Origin: Nitrospirota bacterium
GTDB taxonomy: Bacteria > Nitrospirota > UBA9217
Assembly (NCBI GenBank): GCA_963737155.1
Contig: CAVTRN010000002.1
Coordinates: 288,001-352,000 of the forward strand
Length of the DNA stretch: 64,000 nucleotides
Direction: 5' to 3'
The notes under the pieces were generated by a model, which saw nothing but the letters and a program-made list of their open reading frames with translations, was not told the origin of the DNA and searched no databases. A program made the position numbers and the translations under genes. Shown here in pieces: positions 1 to 10,229 of this stretch (positions within the stretch are counted from its first letter, which is position 1; every line of letters begins with the position of its first letter).

Positions 1-1
1 G

Positions 2-3000
2 GCCATCTGCAACCAGGGCACCGTGTCGGCAACCGGCATTACGTCCTTCCTGACCAACGCAAGCGGCAGTTCCGCAAGCAGTCCCCAGCCGACCTGCGTA
101 ACGGTCGGAAGCGCCGAACAGCTTTCCATCACCAAAACGTATGTCGTAGTGGGCGGAGGCTCGCCGCTTCCTGGAAGCACCATTCTGTACACGGTCACCG
201 CCACGAATACCGGCACGGTCCCGGACACTAACGTTGTGATCACGGATGACCTTACCGCAGTCCTTACACAGTCTACCTATGTCGCAGGATCCGCTGCAAT
301 GAATGGCTCGGCAAATGGCGTCAGTTTCCTGTCGTCTTTGATCACGGCAAATTACGGGACCGCCGCAGGCCAGCTTGCGCCAGGAGCATCGGCGGTGCTT
401 ACCTATAGCGTCAAGCTGAACGGCACGGCGGCTTCCGGCACGGTCGTCACCAACACCGCCCAGGCAGCCTGGAACACGCCACAACAGACGGCGACGGCAA
501 GCGTCTCCTTCAGCTTAGGATTTCAGCAGGGCGGCTTCTCCGGCAGGGTATGGCAGGACGCCAATTTAAACAAAACGTACGAAACCGGGGAGCAGACGTT
601 TTCCGGATGGACGGTTAATGTTTACCTGAACGGCCAGGTCATCCATACCGCGTACACCGCAGCCGACGGTACCTACCAGATAAGCGGCCTCGCTCCCAAT
701 GCCGGAACTTCGAACACATACATGATCCGATTCAGCGCGCCAGGCGCCGGCACGAACACGGCAATGCTGGGATGGGCCGATTCACCGTTCACCAACGGCA
801 TGCAGCAGATATCGAATATTGTCCTTCCTTCGGGGACAAGCCTGTCGAACCTGAACCTCCCGCTTACCCCCGACGGCGTCATCTACGATTCCGTCGCCCG
901 CACCCCGATAGCTGGCGCCGCGCTTGTCATGCTCCAAGCCTCCACACAGTCGCCCCTCCCAGCCGCATGCTTCAACGATCCTGCGGCGCAGGGACAGTTA
1001 ACGCTTCCGGGAGGATATTACAAGTTCGACCTGAACTTCAGCGACCCGTCGACCTGCCCGTCAGGCGGAGACTACCTGATACAGGTCACGCCGCCCCCCT
1101 CAGGATACATTGCCGGACTGTCAAAACTTATACCGCCGACAACGGACGCCGTCACGCCGACCTTCTCCGTCCCGACCTGCCCTGGCAGCCCGGCAGACGC
1201 CGTCCCTTCGATCACCGGTTACTGCATGGCAGAGGCTTCCGTCAAGCCGCAGCCGGCCTCGGTGCCAGCCGGACCCGCCACGGACTATTACCTCCATCTT
1301 ACGTTAAGCAGCGCACAGCCCGGGGACAGCCAGATATACAACAACCACATAGCCATCGATCCCGTGCAGAGCAACGCGATCGCCATCACGAAGACCTCAA
1401 GCGTGACGAACGTCACGCTCGGACAGATGGTCCCGTACACCATTTCCCTGACCAACACCCTTTCGGCCAATCTTACGAACCTCGAAGTCGTCGATACGCC
1501 ACCTCTCGGATTCAAGTACGTAGCCGGCTCCGGCATGGTGGACGGACAGAAGGTCGAACCGGCGAAGAGCGGGACAGAGCTAATCTGGAACATCTCCACT
1601 CTCGCTGCGAATTCCCAGCACACCATAAACCTCATGCTGATCGTGGGGGCCGGGGTCACGAACGGCGATTATGTGAACCACGCCCAGGTATTAAACAGCG
1701 TCACCGGGGCCGTCCAGGCCGTAAATAATGCCGCAGGAAACGTTCCGGCCGTGAACAAGTCGGCCACCGCCGTCATAGCCGCTCCGGGCAGCGCCGCCTC
1801 GGCTGTGGCAATTGCCACGGTCCATGTCGCGCCTGATCCTACGATGGACTGCACCGACATTATCGGCAAGGTGTTCGACGACAGGAACGCGAACGGTTAT
1901 CCGGATACTGGAGAGCCGGGACTCCCCGGAGTGAAGGTCGTAACGGCAAACGGCCTCATAGCGACGACGGACAAGTTCGGCCGGTTCCACATCACGTGCG
2001 CCGCGTTCCCCGATGCCGACCGTGGAAGCAACTTCATCATGAAGCTCGACGACCGGACGCTGCCCTCGGGCTACCGGGTCACCACGGACAACCCGCTTGT
2101 ACTCCGGATTACCTCCGGAAAGGCTGCGAAATTCAACTTCGGCGCGACCCTTCACCGCGTCGTGCGCCTGGATATCGCAGACGGTGTTTTCGAACCTCAA
2201 ACGTCCGCGATGCGGGAACAGTGGAATATCCGGATGGACACTCTCTTAAGCGAACTGAAAAAATCCCCGTCCGTCCTGCGGATTTCCTACCTCGCGGACG
2301 CCGAGGATCGAGCGGAAGTATCTGACAGGATCAGCGCTATCAAGAATACGGTGTCGTCCCTGTGGGGAAAGGGGCCTTACAGGCTAACTATCGAGACGGA
2401 AGTCTACTGGCGGCGCGGGGGGCCTCCCGAAAAGCATTCATTTGATACATCATCCGATATCGCCACCGCCGGAATTTATACGCCTGCCTTCCCGGACATG
2501 TCTTCGTCACCAGGAAACGGCGTATCCGACGCGGCAAGCCTGGGCCATGCTGTCGAGAGGCACGCGGCCGCCGATATACCGCGGACCATGTGGGAATTTA
2601 ACTTTGATGCTCCTCTCTCTGAAACTACTTTTACACTTGACGACGGCTTTACCTTATCGTCCTTCCTCGGACGGGATGAAGAGCCGCAAACGGTTTCCGG
2701 CATGACGGGAACGGATTTAACGTCCCTGCCGACAACGACCACGGGAAAGGCGGTCAAGACCATTAAACTTACCGACCTCGTGCCACCCCTCCACTACGGA
2801 TCGGGAGAAGCGGACATCCCGGATATGTATGTCAAGCATCTTAAGGACATCCTGTCTGGCATGAAGGGAAAGAACAACGTCCGCCTGCACCTCGTGGGAC
2901 ATACTGACAATGCGCTCTTGCTCGGGGAAGCCAAAGAGAAGTACGGCGACAATACATCGCTTTCCCGTGCACGTGCCGGTGCCGCAGCACTTGCTCTCGA

Positions 3001-6000
3001 GAAGACACTGGGACTTCCCGCTGGTTCTGTCACCTATGAAGGCGTCGGCGAAGCGGGCTCTGCGGTAAGCAACGCGACATTCAAAGGACAGGAAGCGAAC
3101 CGCCGGATCGAGGTTCAAATCTGGTATGACGAAAACTCCAACAGCACTCTCGACAACGGTGGCCTCAACCCGGACCGGGTCGACCGCGTAAAGGTCTGCC
3201 GCGTCGAGACGTTATGCAAGCTCAGCTACGAGGACGGTCTGGCTAAGCGCGCCCGGATACGGAACATCGTTCCGCCGCTTCATATGGACGGAAGTACTTC
3301 GGCCGTATCCGAAGAATTCATCTCCAGCGTGCGCCGGGTGCTCGATGACCTGCGGACGAAGGAACACGTCATCGTCAAATTCATCGGGTATACCGACAGC
3401 GGGCCGCTTTCGGAGCGTGACCTGCGAATTTACGGAGACCCCATCTCGCTCTCCAAGGCAAGGGCGCGGCGCGCGGCCTTGGCAGTTAGGAACGCGCTCA
3501 AACTCCCGCTGTCCGCAATCGACATTGACGGCCGTGGCGCGGACGGACAGATCGCCCCGAATGACACCGAAAACGGAAGGTCGCAAAACCGGCGCGTCGA
3601 GGTTGAATTCTGGTATGACGACGAACTTAATGTCCTGCCGGACGGTCTCGTTCAGTGCCCGGAACCGGCCCAGCCCGTGGCGGTCACCAGGGTCTTCGAC
3701 GGCCCGTCCGGAGGCATACCGCCCATCCTGTTCGACCGCGGTGAACCGGTGGTCACTCCGGAAATGCTGGAACGCATGCGCATAAGCTTAGCTCTTGCCA
3801 AGGACAAAAAACACGCGCGCCTCCGCTTCATCGGCTATACCAACGACGAACGGCTCGACCGGCGCACCGCGATAGTGTACGGAGACGACATCGGCCTTTC
3901 CGCCTCCCGCGCAAGGCGTGCCATGGACATGGTGAAGGAACGTTTGGTGCTTAACGGCGGGCAGGCCGAGTTCGAAGGGCACGGGTACGTGCAGTCGGAC
4001 GATGTGGCCGCCACCGGCTTCATCGAGTCCGGCACGGCCAGGGTCGAGGTAGAAGTCGTGTATGACGAGATGATGGCCGGCGACAGCACCGACGGTCTTG
4101 ACATTACGAAGGTTACCCGAGACGTCGTCCCGAAGGACCCGCTCGCCTTGAACCTCATGCGCATAACCGTTGACGGGAAGCCCGTAGACGACCCAGACAA
4201 GAGCATCGCCGACATCGAGCGCTGCACCGATGTGGCACTCAGCAAGGCGGATGTGCAGTTCAAGTTCGACGACCTCTCCCTGAAGCCCCGCCTGAACGTT
4301 ACGGCCTGGCCTAATACCGTCCGTTACAAGACGGCTCCGGACGCCATACCGCCCGAGAACCTGGTGCAGTTTCGGATGTACACGAACTACCGGGCCTTCA
4401 TAGTGAGGGCCGAGGTCCGCATCTTCGGCAAAGACGAGTCGACGGCAGGTACGCCCCTCGTGGTTATCCCCGTGGACAAGGACGGGCGCGCTTCCTGGCA
4501 GCCTGTGTTTCCCGGCTACAAGGCCCCCGGGCCAGAGCTCAAGTACGTGCTCCGGGTCTACGACGCCAAAGGTCGCTTTGACGAGACCAAGCCGCTCCCC
4601 ATCTGGATCGTCGACCGGCAGTCTCCGGACATCAGGAGCCGCGATGCCGAAAAAGAGCTTCTGGTCGGCTACGGACAGAACCATCTCTATGTTGACAACA
4701 TTCCAAAGAAGGGCGGCACGATCACGGTCTCCGGGAGCTCGGTCCCGTCCGGACACAATGTATACGTCGCAGGAAGGCCCGTGCCGATAGGAAATGAGGG
4801 CAAGTTCGTCACCGAGGAGATACTGCCTTCCGGCATGCATACCGTCGAGGTGGCGATCCTCGACCAATCCGGCAACGGCGACCTCTTCCTCCGTGACCTG
4901 GAACTTAAAAAAAGCGACTGGTTCGCCACCGGCATCGCCGACTTCACCCTTTCCCAAGATCAAACAAGCGGGCCCGGCTCTTCCCAATACAGCAGCACGA
5001 CGGCGGTCAACAACGGGCTAAACTACGACGGCCGGCTGGCCTACTATACAAAAGGTACCTTCGGCAACGGCTGGCAGCTGACATCCTCCGCGTACACCGG
5101 GGAAGGACCGGTCAGAGACCTGTTCAGCGATTTCGGACAAAGGACGCCCGACGCGCTTTTCCGGAGCATTGATTCCCAGTATTACTACCCAACCTACGGA
5201 GACGACGGCAGCGTGGAAGAGGGGGCTCCCACCCTGGGCAAGTTCTACCTGAAAGTCGAAAATGACGGGAGCTACGGCATGTGGGGCGACTACAAGCTGG
5301 ATTACACTGACAACGACCTGGCCCATGTCGAACGCGGGCTCTATGGACTTTCCGGGCATTATCAGACGGACAGCACCACGAGTTTCGGCGAGAAGCGCTT
5401 CTCCCTGGACGGCTTTTCCGCCCAGCCCGGCACGGTCGCGACGCGCGAGCAGTTTCTGGGCACCGGTGGCACCCTCTACTACCTGCAGCACCAGGGTATC
5501 CTGACCGGCTCGGAAAGCATCTCCATCGAGATGCACGACAAGGACTCCGGCGTCGTGGTCGGCGTCAAGAACCTTGCCGCCTCGGTCGATTACACCATCG
5601 ATTACCTGCAGGGGCGCGTCTCTCTTACGCAGCCCCTGTCACCGACGGCCTCCGGCACCATGGTGGTAAGCTCCGGCAATTCGGCAGGCGACCTCATGTA
5701 TCTGGTAATCGGCTACGAATACGTCCCCTCCGCCGGCGACACGAACAGCATGAGCTTTGGCGGAGAGAGCCACGTCTGGCTGAACGACTACGTGAAATTA
5801 GGCGTCACTGCGGACAAGGAGGGCGGCTCCGAAACTCCGGACGACCTCACCGCAGCCGACCTGACGCTCCGGAAGAACGCCCTATCATGGGTAAAATTTG
5901 AGACATCAAGGAGCAGCGGGTCCGGGATGAACAGCCTCACCTCGAATGACGGCGGCATGACGGAGGCCCCCAACTGTCCGGGCTATATCATCTCCGCAAA

Positions 6001-7708
6001 CGGCGTTGCCACGGGAAATCCGGCCTGCCCCTCCTTCAGCAGCCCGGCGGCCGTTTCCGCGGGAGCCTACCGGATAGACAGCAGCCTTGGTTTTGCCGAC
6101 GTCTTTGCCAGCGCTAAAGGCCAGATGACGTTTTACACACAGAGCCTTGGCGCGGGCTATTCGGTCCCCGGGCTCGAGACAGCCACAGACACCAAGCAGT
6201 ACGGAGGCACCCTGAAGGCGCCGATTTCGGCCAAAGTCGATGTGACCGCCAAGACCGATGTAACGAACCGCGACCAGGGATTGAACACGAGCGCCGCCGA
6301 GGTCGACCTTAATTATCACGCAACCGACCATTGGACCGTAAGTCCCGGCGTGCGGGAAGACAGCCGCGAGGACAACTCGCCGGTCGTTCCGCCTACCGAG
6401 ACAGAGGGCGAAGAGACGAACGCCGCGCTCCGAGCGACGTACGATTCCAAAACGAACTGGAGCGCATACGGCTTCACGCAGGGCACCGTTTCCAAAAGCG
6501 GCGACCGCGAGAGCAACGACCGCATCGGGACGGGCGGCGATTACCGCATTACCGACCGGGTAAAGCTCTTAGGCGAGGTTTCGTCAGGCGACATGGGCGG
6601 CGCGGGAAAACTCGGCATGGCTTATCTCGCCTCCGACCGCACCAACATGTACTTAAACTACGTGTACGACAACGAGACCCCCGACGTCGGGATACGCGCG
6701 GGCAACGGAAACATCGTGTCGGGGATGAAGACCCGGTACGGGGACAGCACCAGCGTCTTTGCCGAGGAAAAGTATTCGTACGGCAGCGTCCCGACGGGGC
6801 TCACCCATGCCGCAGGCGTCGACCTTGCGCCCTATGACCACTGGAACATGGGCGTCAGCCTGGATTACGGGTCGCTCCGGGACCCCATCACCTACGCCGC
6901 GCTCGAAAGGAACGCCGCGACGATCCGCTTGGGCTACGGAATCAAGGGCTTCATCTGGGCCTCCTCATACGAGTACCGCGTCGACAAGACCGAGGTCATA
7001 ACCATCAACCCGGGCGATGCGACCTCGGAAAGCACCGTCGACCAGAACAGCTGGCTTGTCAAGAACGACCTCAAGTACCAGATAGACGACTCGTCCCGGC
7101 TTCTTGCCAAATTCAACCACGCCGAGAGCCACAGCGAAGCAGCGTTCTTCGGCGGCGATTACACCGAGGCGGTCATGGGATACGGCTACCGCCCGGTCAC
7201 AAACGACAAGATCAACGTCCTTTTAAAGTACACGTATTTCTACAACGTCCCGACCACCGCCCAGGTCACCGACACGGTCACCTATACCTCGTCCAACCTG
7301 GAGACAAACAATGCCTCCACGTCCATCCAGAAGAGCAACATCCTGTCATTGGACGCGGACTACGATCTTACCGAGAAGTGGACGGTCGGCGGCAAGTACG
7401 CCTACCGCCTCGGATGGGTCAGCGAGTCCCTGCAGAACCCGGTTTTCTACGAGAGCCGCGCCGCCCTCTATGTCGCCCGCGCCGACTGGCATTTCGTCCA
7501 TCTATGGGACGGCATGGTAGAAGGCAGGCTCCTGGATCTGCCCGACGCACAGGACAAAAAAAGCGGCATTCTCGCGGCAATCTACCGGCAGGTGGGGGCC
7601 AACATCAAGGCGGGCGCCGGCTACAACTTCAGCGATTTTTCGGACGACCTTACACAGCTCGACTACAAGCACCAGGGTTTCTTCGTCAACATGATCGGCG
7701 AGTTTTAG
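2..7708 (+). CDS. Giant surface protein (5' end outside window): DUF11 repeats, SdrD-B-like domains, three OmpA-like domains, C-terminal outer-membrane beta-barrel
   Basis: Frame open from base 2. DUF11-type motifs (LSITKT..PGSTILYTVTATNTG, IAITKTS..GQMVPYTISLTN), 'GKVFDDRNANGYPD' SdrD-B motif, three 'GHTD/GYTD/GYTN...LS..RA' OmpA motifs, alternating beta-strand C-terminus ending in Phe (GFFVNMIGEF). Confidence 0.85.
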   Translation, partial: AICNQGTVSATGITSFLTNASGSSASSPQPTCVTVGSAEQLSITKTYVVVGGGSPLPGSTILYTVTATNTGTVPDTNVVITDDLTAVLTQSTYVAGSAAMNGSANGVSFLSSLITANYGTAAGQLAPGASAVLTYSVKLNGTAASGTVVTNTAQAAWNTPQQTATASVSFSLGFQQGGFSGRVWQDANLNKTYETGEQTFSGWTVNVYLNGQVIHTAYTAADGTYQISGLAPNAGTSNTYMIRFSAPGAGTNTAMLGWADSPFTNGMQQISNIVLPSGTSLSNLNLPLTPDGVIYDSVARTPIAGAALVMLQASTQSPLPAACFNDPAAQGQLTLPGGYYKFDLNFSDPSTCPSGGDYLIQVTPPPSGYIAGLSKLIPPTTDAVTPTFSVPTCPGSPADAVPSITGYCMAEASVKPQPASVPAGPATDYYLHLTLSSAQPGDSQIYNNHIAIDPVQSNAIAITKTSSVTNVTLGQMVPYTISLTNTLSANLTNLEVVDTPPLGFKYVAGSGMVDGQKVEPAKSGTELIWNISTLAANSQHTINLMLIVGAGVTNGDYVNHAQVLNSVTGAVQAVNNAAGNVPAVNKSATAVIAAPGSAASAVAIATVHVAPDPTMDCTDIIGKVFDDRNANGYPDTGEPGLPGVKVVTANGLIATTDKFGRFHITCAAFPDADRGSNFIMKLDDRTLPSGYRVTTDNPLVLRITSGKAAKFNFGATLHRVVRLDIADGVFEPQTSAMREQWNIRMDTLLSELKKSPSVLRISYLADAEDRAEVSDRISAIKNTVSSLWGKGPYRLTIETEVYWRRGGPPEKHSFDTSSDIATAGIYTPAFPDMSSSPGNGVSDAASLGHAVERHAAADIPRTMWEFNFDAPLSETTFTLDDGFTLSSFLGRDEEPQTVSGMTGTDLTSLPTTTTGKAVKTIKLTDLVPPLHYGSGEADIPDMYVKHLKDILSGMKGKNNVRLHLVGHTDNALLLGEAKEKYGDNTSLSRARAGAAALALEKTLGLPAGSVTYEGVGEAGSAVSNATFKGQEANRRIEVQIWYDENSNSTLDNGGLNPDRVDRVKVCRVETLCKLSYEDGLAKRARIRNIVPPLHMDGSTSAVSEEFISSVRRVLDDLRTKEHVIVKFIGYTDSGPLSERDLRIYGDPISLSKARARRAALAVRNALKLPLSAIDIDGRGADGQIAPNDTENGRSQNRRVEVEFWYDDELNVLPDGLVQCPEPAQPVAVTRVFDGPSGGIPPILFDRGEPVVTPEMLERMRISLALAKDKKHARLRFIGYTNDERLDRRTAIVYGDDIGLSASRARRAMDMVKERLVLNGGQAEFEGHGYVQSDDVAATGFIESGTARVEVEVVYDEMMAGDSTDGLDITKVTRDVVPKDPLALNLMRITVDGKPVDDPDKSIADIERCTDVALSKADVQFKFDDLSLKPRLNVTAWPNTVRYKTAPDAIPPENLVQFRMYTNYRAFIVRAEVRIFGKDESTAGTPLVVIPVDKDGRASWQPVFPGYKAPGPELKYVLRVYDAKGRFDETKPLPIWIVDRQSPDIRSRDAEKELLVGYGQNHLYVDNIPKKGGTITVSGSSVPSGHNVYVAGRPVPIGNEGKFVTEEILPSGMHTVEVAILDQSGNGDLFLRDLELKKSDWFATGIADFTLSQDQTSGPGSSQYSSTTAVNNGLNYDGRLAYYTKGTFGNGWQLTSSAYTGEGPVRDLFSDFGQRTPDALFRSIDSQYYYPTYGDDGSVEEGAPTLGKFYLKVENDGSYGMWGDYKLDYTDNDLAHVERGLYGLSGHYQTDSTTSFGEKRFSLDGFSAQPGTVATREQFLGTGGTLYYLQHQGILTGSESISIEMHDKDSGVVVGVKNLAASVDYTIDYLQGRVSLTQPLSPTASGTMVVSSGNSAGDLMYLVIGYEYVPSAGDTNSMSFGGESHVWLNDYVKLGVTADKEGGSETPDDLTAADLTLRKNALSWVKFETSRSSGSGMNSLTSNDGGMTEAPNCPGYIISANGVATGNPACPSFSSPAAVSAGAYRIDSSLGFADVFASAKGQMTFYTQSLGAGYSVPGLETATDTKQYGGTLKAPISAKVDVTAKTDVTNRDQGLNTSAAEVDLNYHATDHWTVSPGVREDSREDNSPVVPPTETEGEETNAALRATYDSKTNWSAYGFTQGTVSKSGDRESNDRIGTGGDYRITDRVKLLGEVSSGDMGGAGKLGMAYLASDRTNMYLNYVYDNETPDVGIRAGNGNIVSGMKTRYGDSTSVFAEEKYSYGSVPTGLTHAAGVDLAPYDHWNMGVSLDYGSLRDPITYAALERNAATIRLGYGIKGFIWASSYEYRVDKTEVITINPGDATSESTVDQNSWLVKNDLKYQIDDSSRLLAKFNHAESHSEAAFFGGDYTEAVMGYGYRPVTNDKINVLLKYTYFYNVPTTAQVTDTVTYTSSNLETNNASTSIQKSNILSLDADYDLTEKWTVGGKYAYRLGWVSESLQNPVFYESRAALYVARADWHFVHLWDGMVEGRLLDLPDAQDKKSGILAAIYRQVGANIKAGAGYNFSDFSDDLTQLDYKHQGFFVNMIGEF

Positions 7709-7826
7709 GAGATATGGGATGTCCAAGGCCTTTACAGTGAATGATGAAAACAGGAAACCGGACAATCCTGTTGCCGCAATTTCAAAGAAGCATAAAAAAG
7801 AATTTTCCGAATGGGAGGGAATCAAG

Positions 7827-8342
7827 ATGTTTTACCGGCTGGCAGGCATCGTGGTTACGGTTTTCGTACTCTGTATTTACTCTTCCGCTTACGGAGCGGA
7901 CATCACCAAGGAAGAGCTGAAGGGCCAGGACGAACAGGTCCAGGATATCAAAAGCGATGTCCTTTCTATCTCCGCCGAGCTCGAAAAGCTCGAGGAAAAG
8001 CTTTTGTACCCGTCCAGCACGGAGGTCTCGGTATTCGTGTCCCTGGAAGCAGGCGAAACTTTCACGCTCGACGCGGCGGATATTACGATTGACGGAAACA
8101 CTGTCGCCCGGCATGTCTACACCTTCAAGGAGACCCTTGCCATGAGAAGGGGCGGGGTAGAGCGCATCTATACCGGCAATATCAAGACCGGCGACCATGA
8201 CCTCACGGTCCTTGTCATCGGAAAAACCGGGGGAGGCTCCGACCTCAAGGAAACGGAGCACTTCAAGGTCACCAAGGATGTCGCTCCCAGGATCGTCTTG
8301 GTCACGCTTTCCGACCAGGGCATAACGGAGAACAGCAGGTAA
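7827..8342 (+). CDS. Secreted coiled-coil/Ig-like protein of Agl-Glt-like operon
   Basis: RBS GGGAGG before ATG 7827, signal peptide (SSAYG), short coiled coil then beta-rich domain; operonic spacing. Confidence 0.65.
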   Translation: MFYRLAGIVVTVFVLCIYSSAYGADITKEELKGQDEQVQDIKSDVLSISAELEKLEEKLLYPSSTEVSVFVSLEAGETFTLDAADITIDGNTVARHVYTFKETLAMRRGGVERIYTGNIKTGDHDLTVLVIGKTGGGSDLKETEHFKVTKDVAPRIVLVTLSDQGITENSR

Positions 8343-8345
8343 AAC

Positions 8346-10229
8346 ATGAAAAGGCTCATTTTTCCACTGCTCCTCTTGATATTCTCGGCGTCTCCATCAC
8401 CGGCGGGAACGCCGAAACCGATAGATCTAAAAGATCTTTATTTCGGAGAGGCCCTCTACCACGCATACCAGGGGGAGTGGTTTGACGCCGTTTCCCGGCT
8501 CGACACGGAGCTTGCCCTTCATTACGGGGTCGATGAGCCGGAGCGGGACACCCTTCATTACCACGTCAACCAGGCGGAGTTCGATGTGGGAGACTTCGAA
8601 CTTGACTACCGGATGCACGGGAAGGCCGGGCACGCCATCAAGGAAGTGATCGAGGGGAACGTTCCCGAGATTGTCAAAAACGAGGCAATCTACCGCCTCG
8701 CGCGCATATATTTCCAGAAAGGACAGCCCAAGGATGCACAGGAGGCCGTGGACCGCATCAAGGGCGCCGTCCCCGAGAAAATTAAATATGACCTTGCTTT
8801 CTTCAAGGCGGAAATACTCATGGCGAACGGCCGCTACGGCCTGTCGGCCAAAATATTCTCCGGTATTGAGGACGCTCCGGGTTTTTCAGGCTTTTGCAAC
8901 TACAACCTGGGGATCGCCCTCCTGAAAGACGGGAAGGAGATCCAGGGACTGCGGGCACTCGACCGGGCAGGACAGATTAAGAGCGCAGACAATGTCACGC
9001 TTGCGGTCAGGGACAAGGCAAACCTCGTCTTCGGCGAAAAGCTCCTTTCGGAGAAAAAATTCGCAGCCGCCAAAAACATCCTGGACAGGGTGCGGCTGAC
9101 CGGCCCTTTCTCCGACCGGGCGCTCTTAGGCTCCGGATGGGCCGACGCTTCCCTTGGCGATTACCGGAACGCCCTGGTTCCCTGGACGGTCCTTTCAGAA
9201 AGATCCGCCATCAACGCTTCCGCAGAGGAGGCCATGCTCGCGGTCCCCTATGCTTATATAAAGCTCGGAGTCTACAGCAAGGCGGCCGTCCTGTACAGCC
9301 GGGCATTAGAGACGTTCGGCAGGGAGATCAAGAAACTTTCAGCCTCGATAACGAGCATCCAGGAAGGCAAATTCCTCACAGCGCTCCTGCGGGAAGAGCT
9401 GAAGCAGGACCCCGACTGGGTCGTAAAGCTGCGCAATCTCCCGGACGCCCCCGAGACGTACTACCTCCTTGACCTTCTTGCTTCCCAGGATTTCCAGGAG
9501 TCCCTCAAAAATTACCTGGACCTCCAGGAGCTTCGCGGGAAGCTATCGACGTGGGCGGGCGACCTCATCGCATTCAAGGACATGACGATGAAGCGCCGGG
9601 ATTATTACGAGCCGCTCCTCCCGGACATCGACCGCGAATTCCGCAGTCTTGACACCCTCATGCGCCTCAGACTTTCACAAAAGGACCGCATTGAAAAAAG
9701 ACTCCATGCCATGCTGACGGCGCCCAGGCCCGAGGATCTTCAAACCGCCGATGAGCGCATCACGCTCCTCAAGCTTGACCGGATGGAGCAAATCCTCGGT
9801 TCCGCCCCGTACGCTTCTGACGCCTTGGGCCGTATCAAACTTCTCCGGGGCGTCACCACCTGGAACATGTATGCGGAGTACGACCAGCGTCTGACAGAAG
9901 CCTTCAGGCACCTTCATGATGTAAACAAAGAAATCGACCGCATGAGGAATGAATATGCCTCCTTCATCCGAACCCGCCAGGCCGCCACGCAAAGCTACGA
10001 GGGCTACGACGACAGCATCCGCGTCTTAAGCGATCGTACCGCCGCCGCGGCAAAGAAAGTGGAGGAACTGAAGGCCCGGCAAGGGAAAATCCTCGAGACT
10101 ATGGCCATAAATGAACTGACCAGGAGGCGCGACCGCCTCGAACAATACCAGATAGACGCGCGCTTCGCCATGGGTGACAGCTATGACCGTGCCAGAAAAG
10201 CCCAGGACAGCACGAGGCCCGGACAATGA
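8346..10229 (+). CDS. Periplasmic TPR protein (GltC-like) with C-terminal coiled coil
   Basis: Signal peptide, TPR-like repeats (AIYRLARIYF, YNLGIALL), ATGA overlap with next gene. Confidence 0.75.
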   Translation: MKRLIFPLLLLIFSASPSPAGTPKPIDLKDLYFGEALYHAYQGEWFDAVSRLDTELALHYGVDEPERDTLHYHVNQAEFDVGDFELDYRMHGKAGHAIKEVIEGNVPEIVKNEAIYRLARIYFQKGQPKDAQEAVDRIKGAVPEKIKYDLAFFKAEILMANGRYGLSAKIFSGIEDAPGFSGFCNYNLGIALLKDGKEIQGLRALDRAGQIKSADNVTLAVRDKANLVFGEKLLSEKKFAAAKNILDRVRLTGPFSDRALLGSGWADASLGDYRNALVPWTVLSERSAINASAEEAMLAVPYAYIKLGVYSKAAVLYSRALETFGREIKKLSASITSIQEGKFLTALLREELKQDPDWVVKLRNLPDAPETYYLLDLLASQDFQESLKNYLDLQELRGKLSTWAGDLIAFKDMTMKRRDYYEPLLPDIDREFRSLDTLMRLRLSQKDRIEKRLHAMLTAPRPEDLQTADERITLLKLDRMEQILGSAPYASDALGRIKLLRGVTTWNMYAEYDQRLTEAFRHLHDVNKEIDRMRNEYASFIRTRQAATQSYEGYDDSIRVLSDRTAAAAKKVEELKARQGKILETMAINELTRRRDRLEQYQIDARFAMGDSYDRARKAQDSTRPGQ

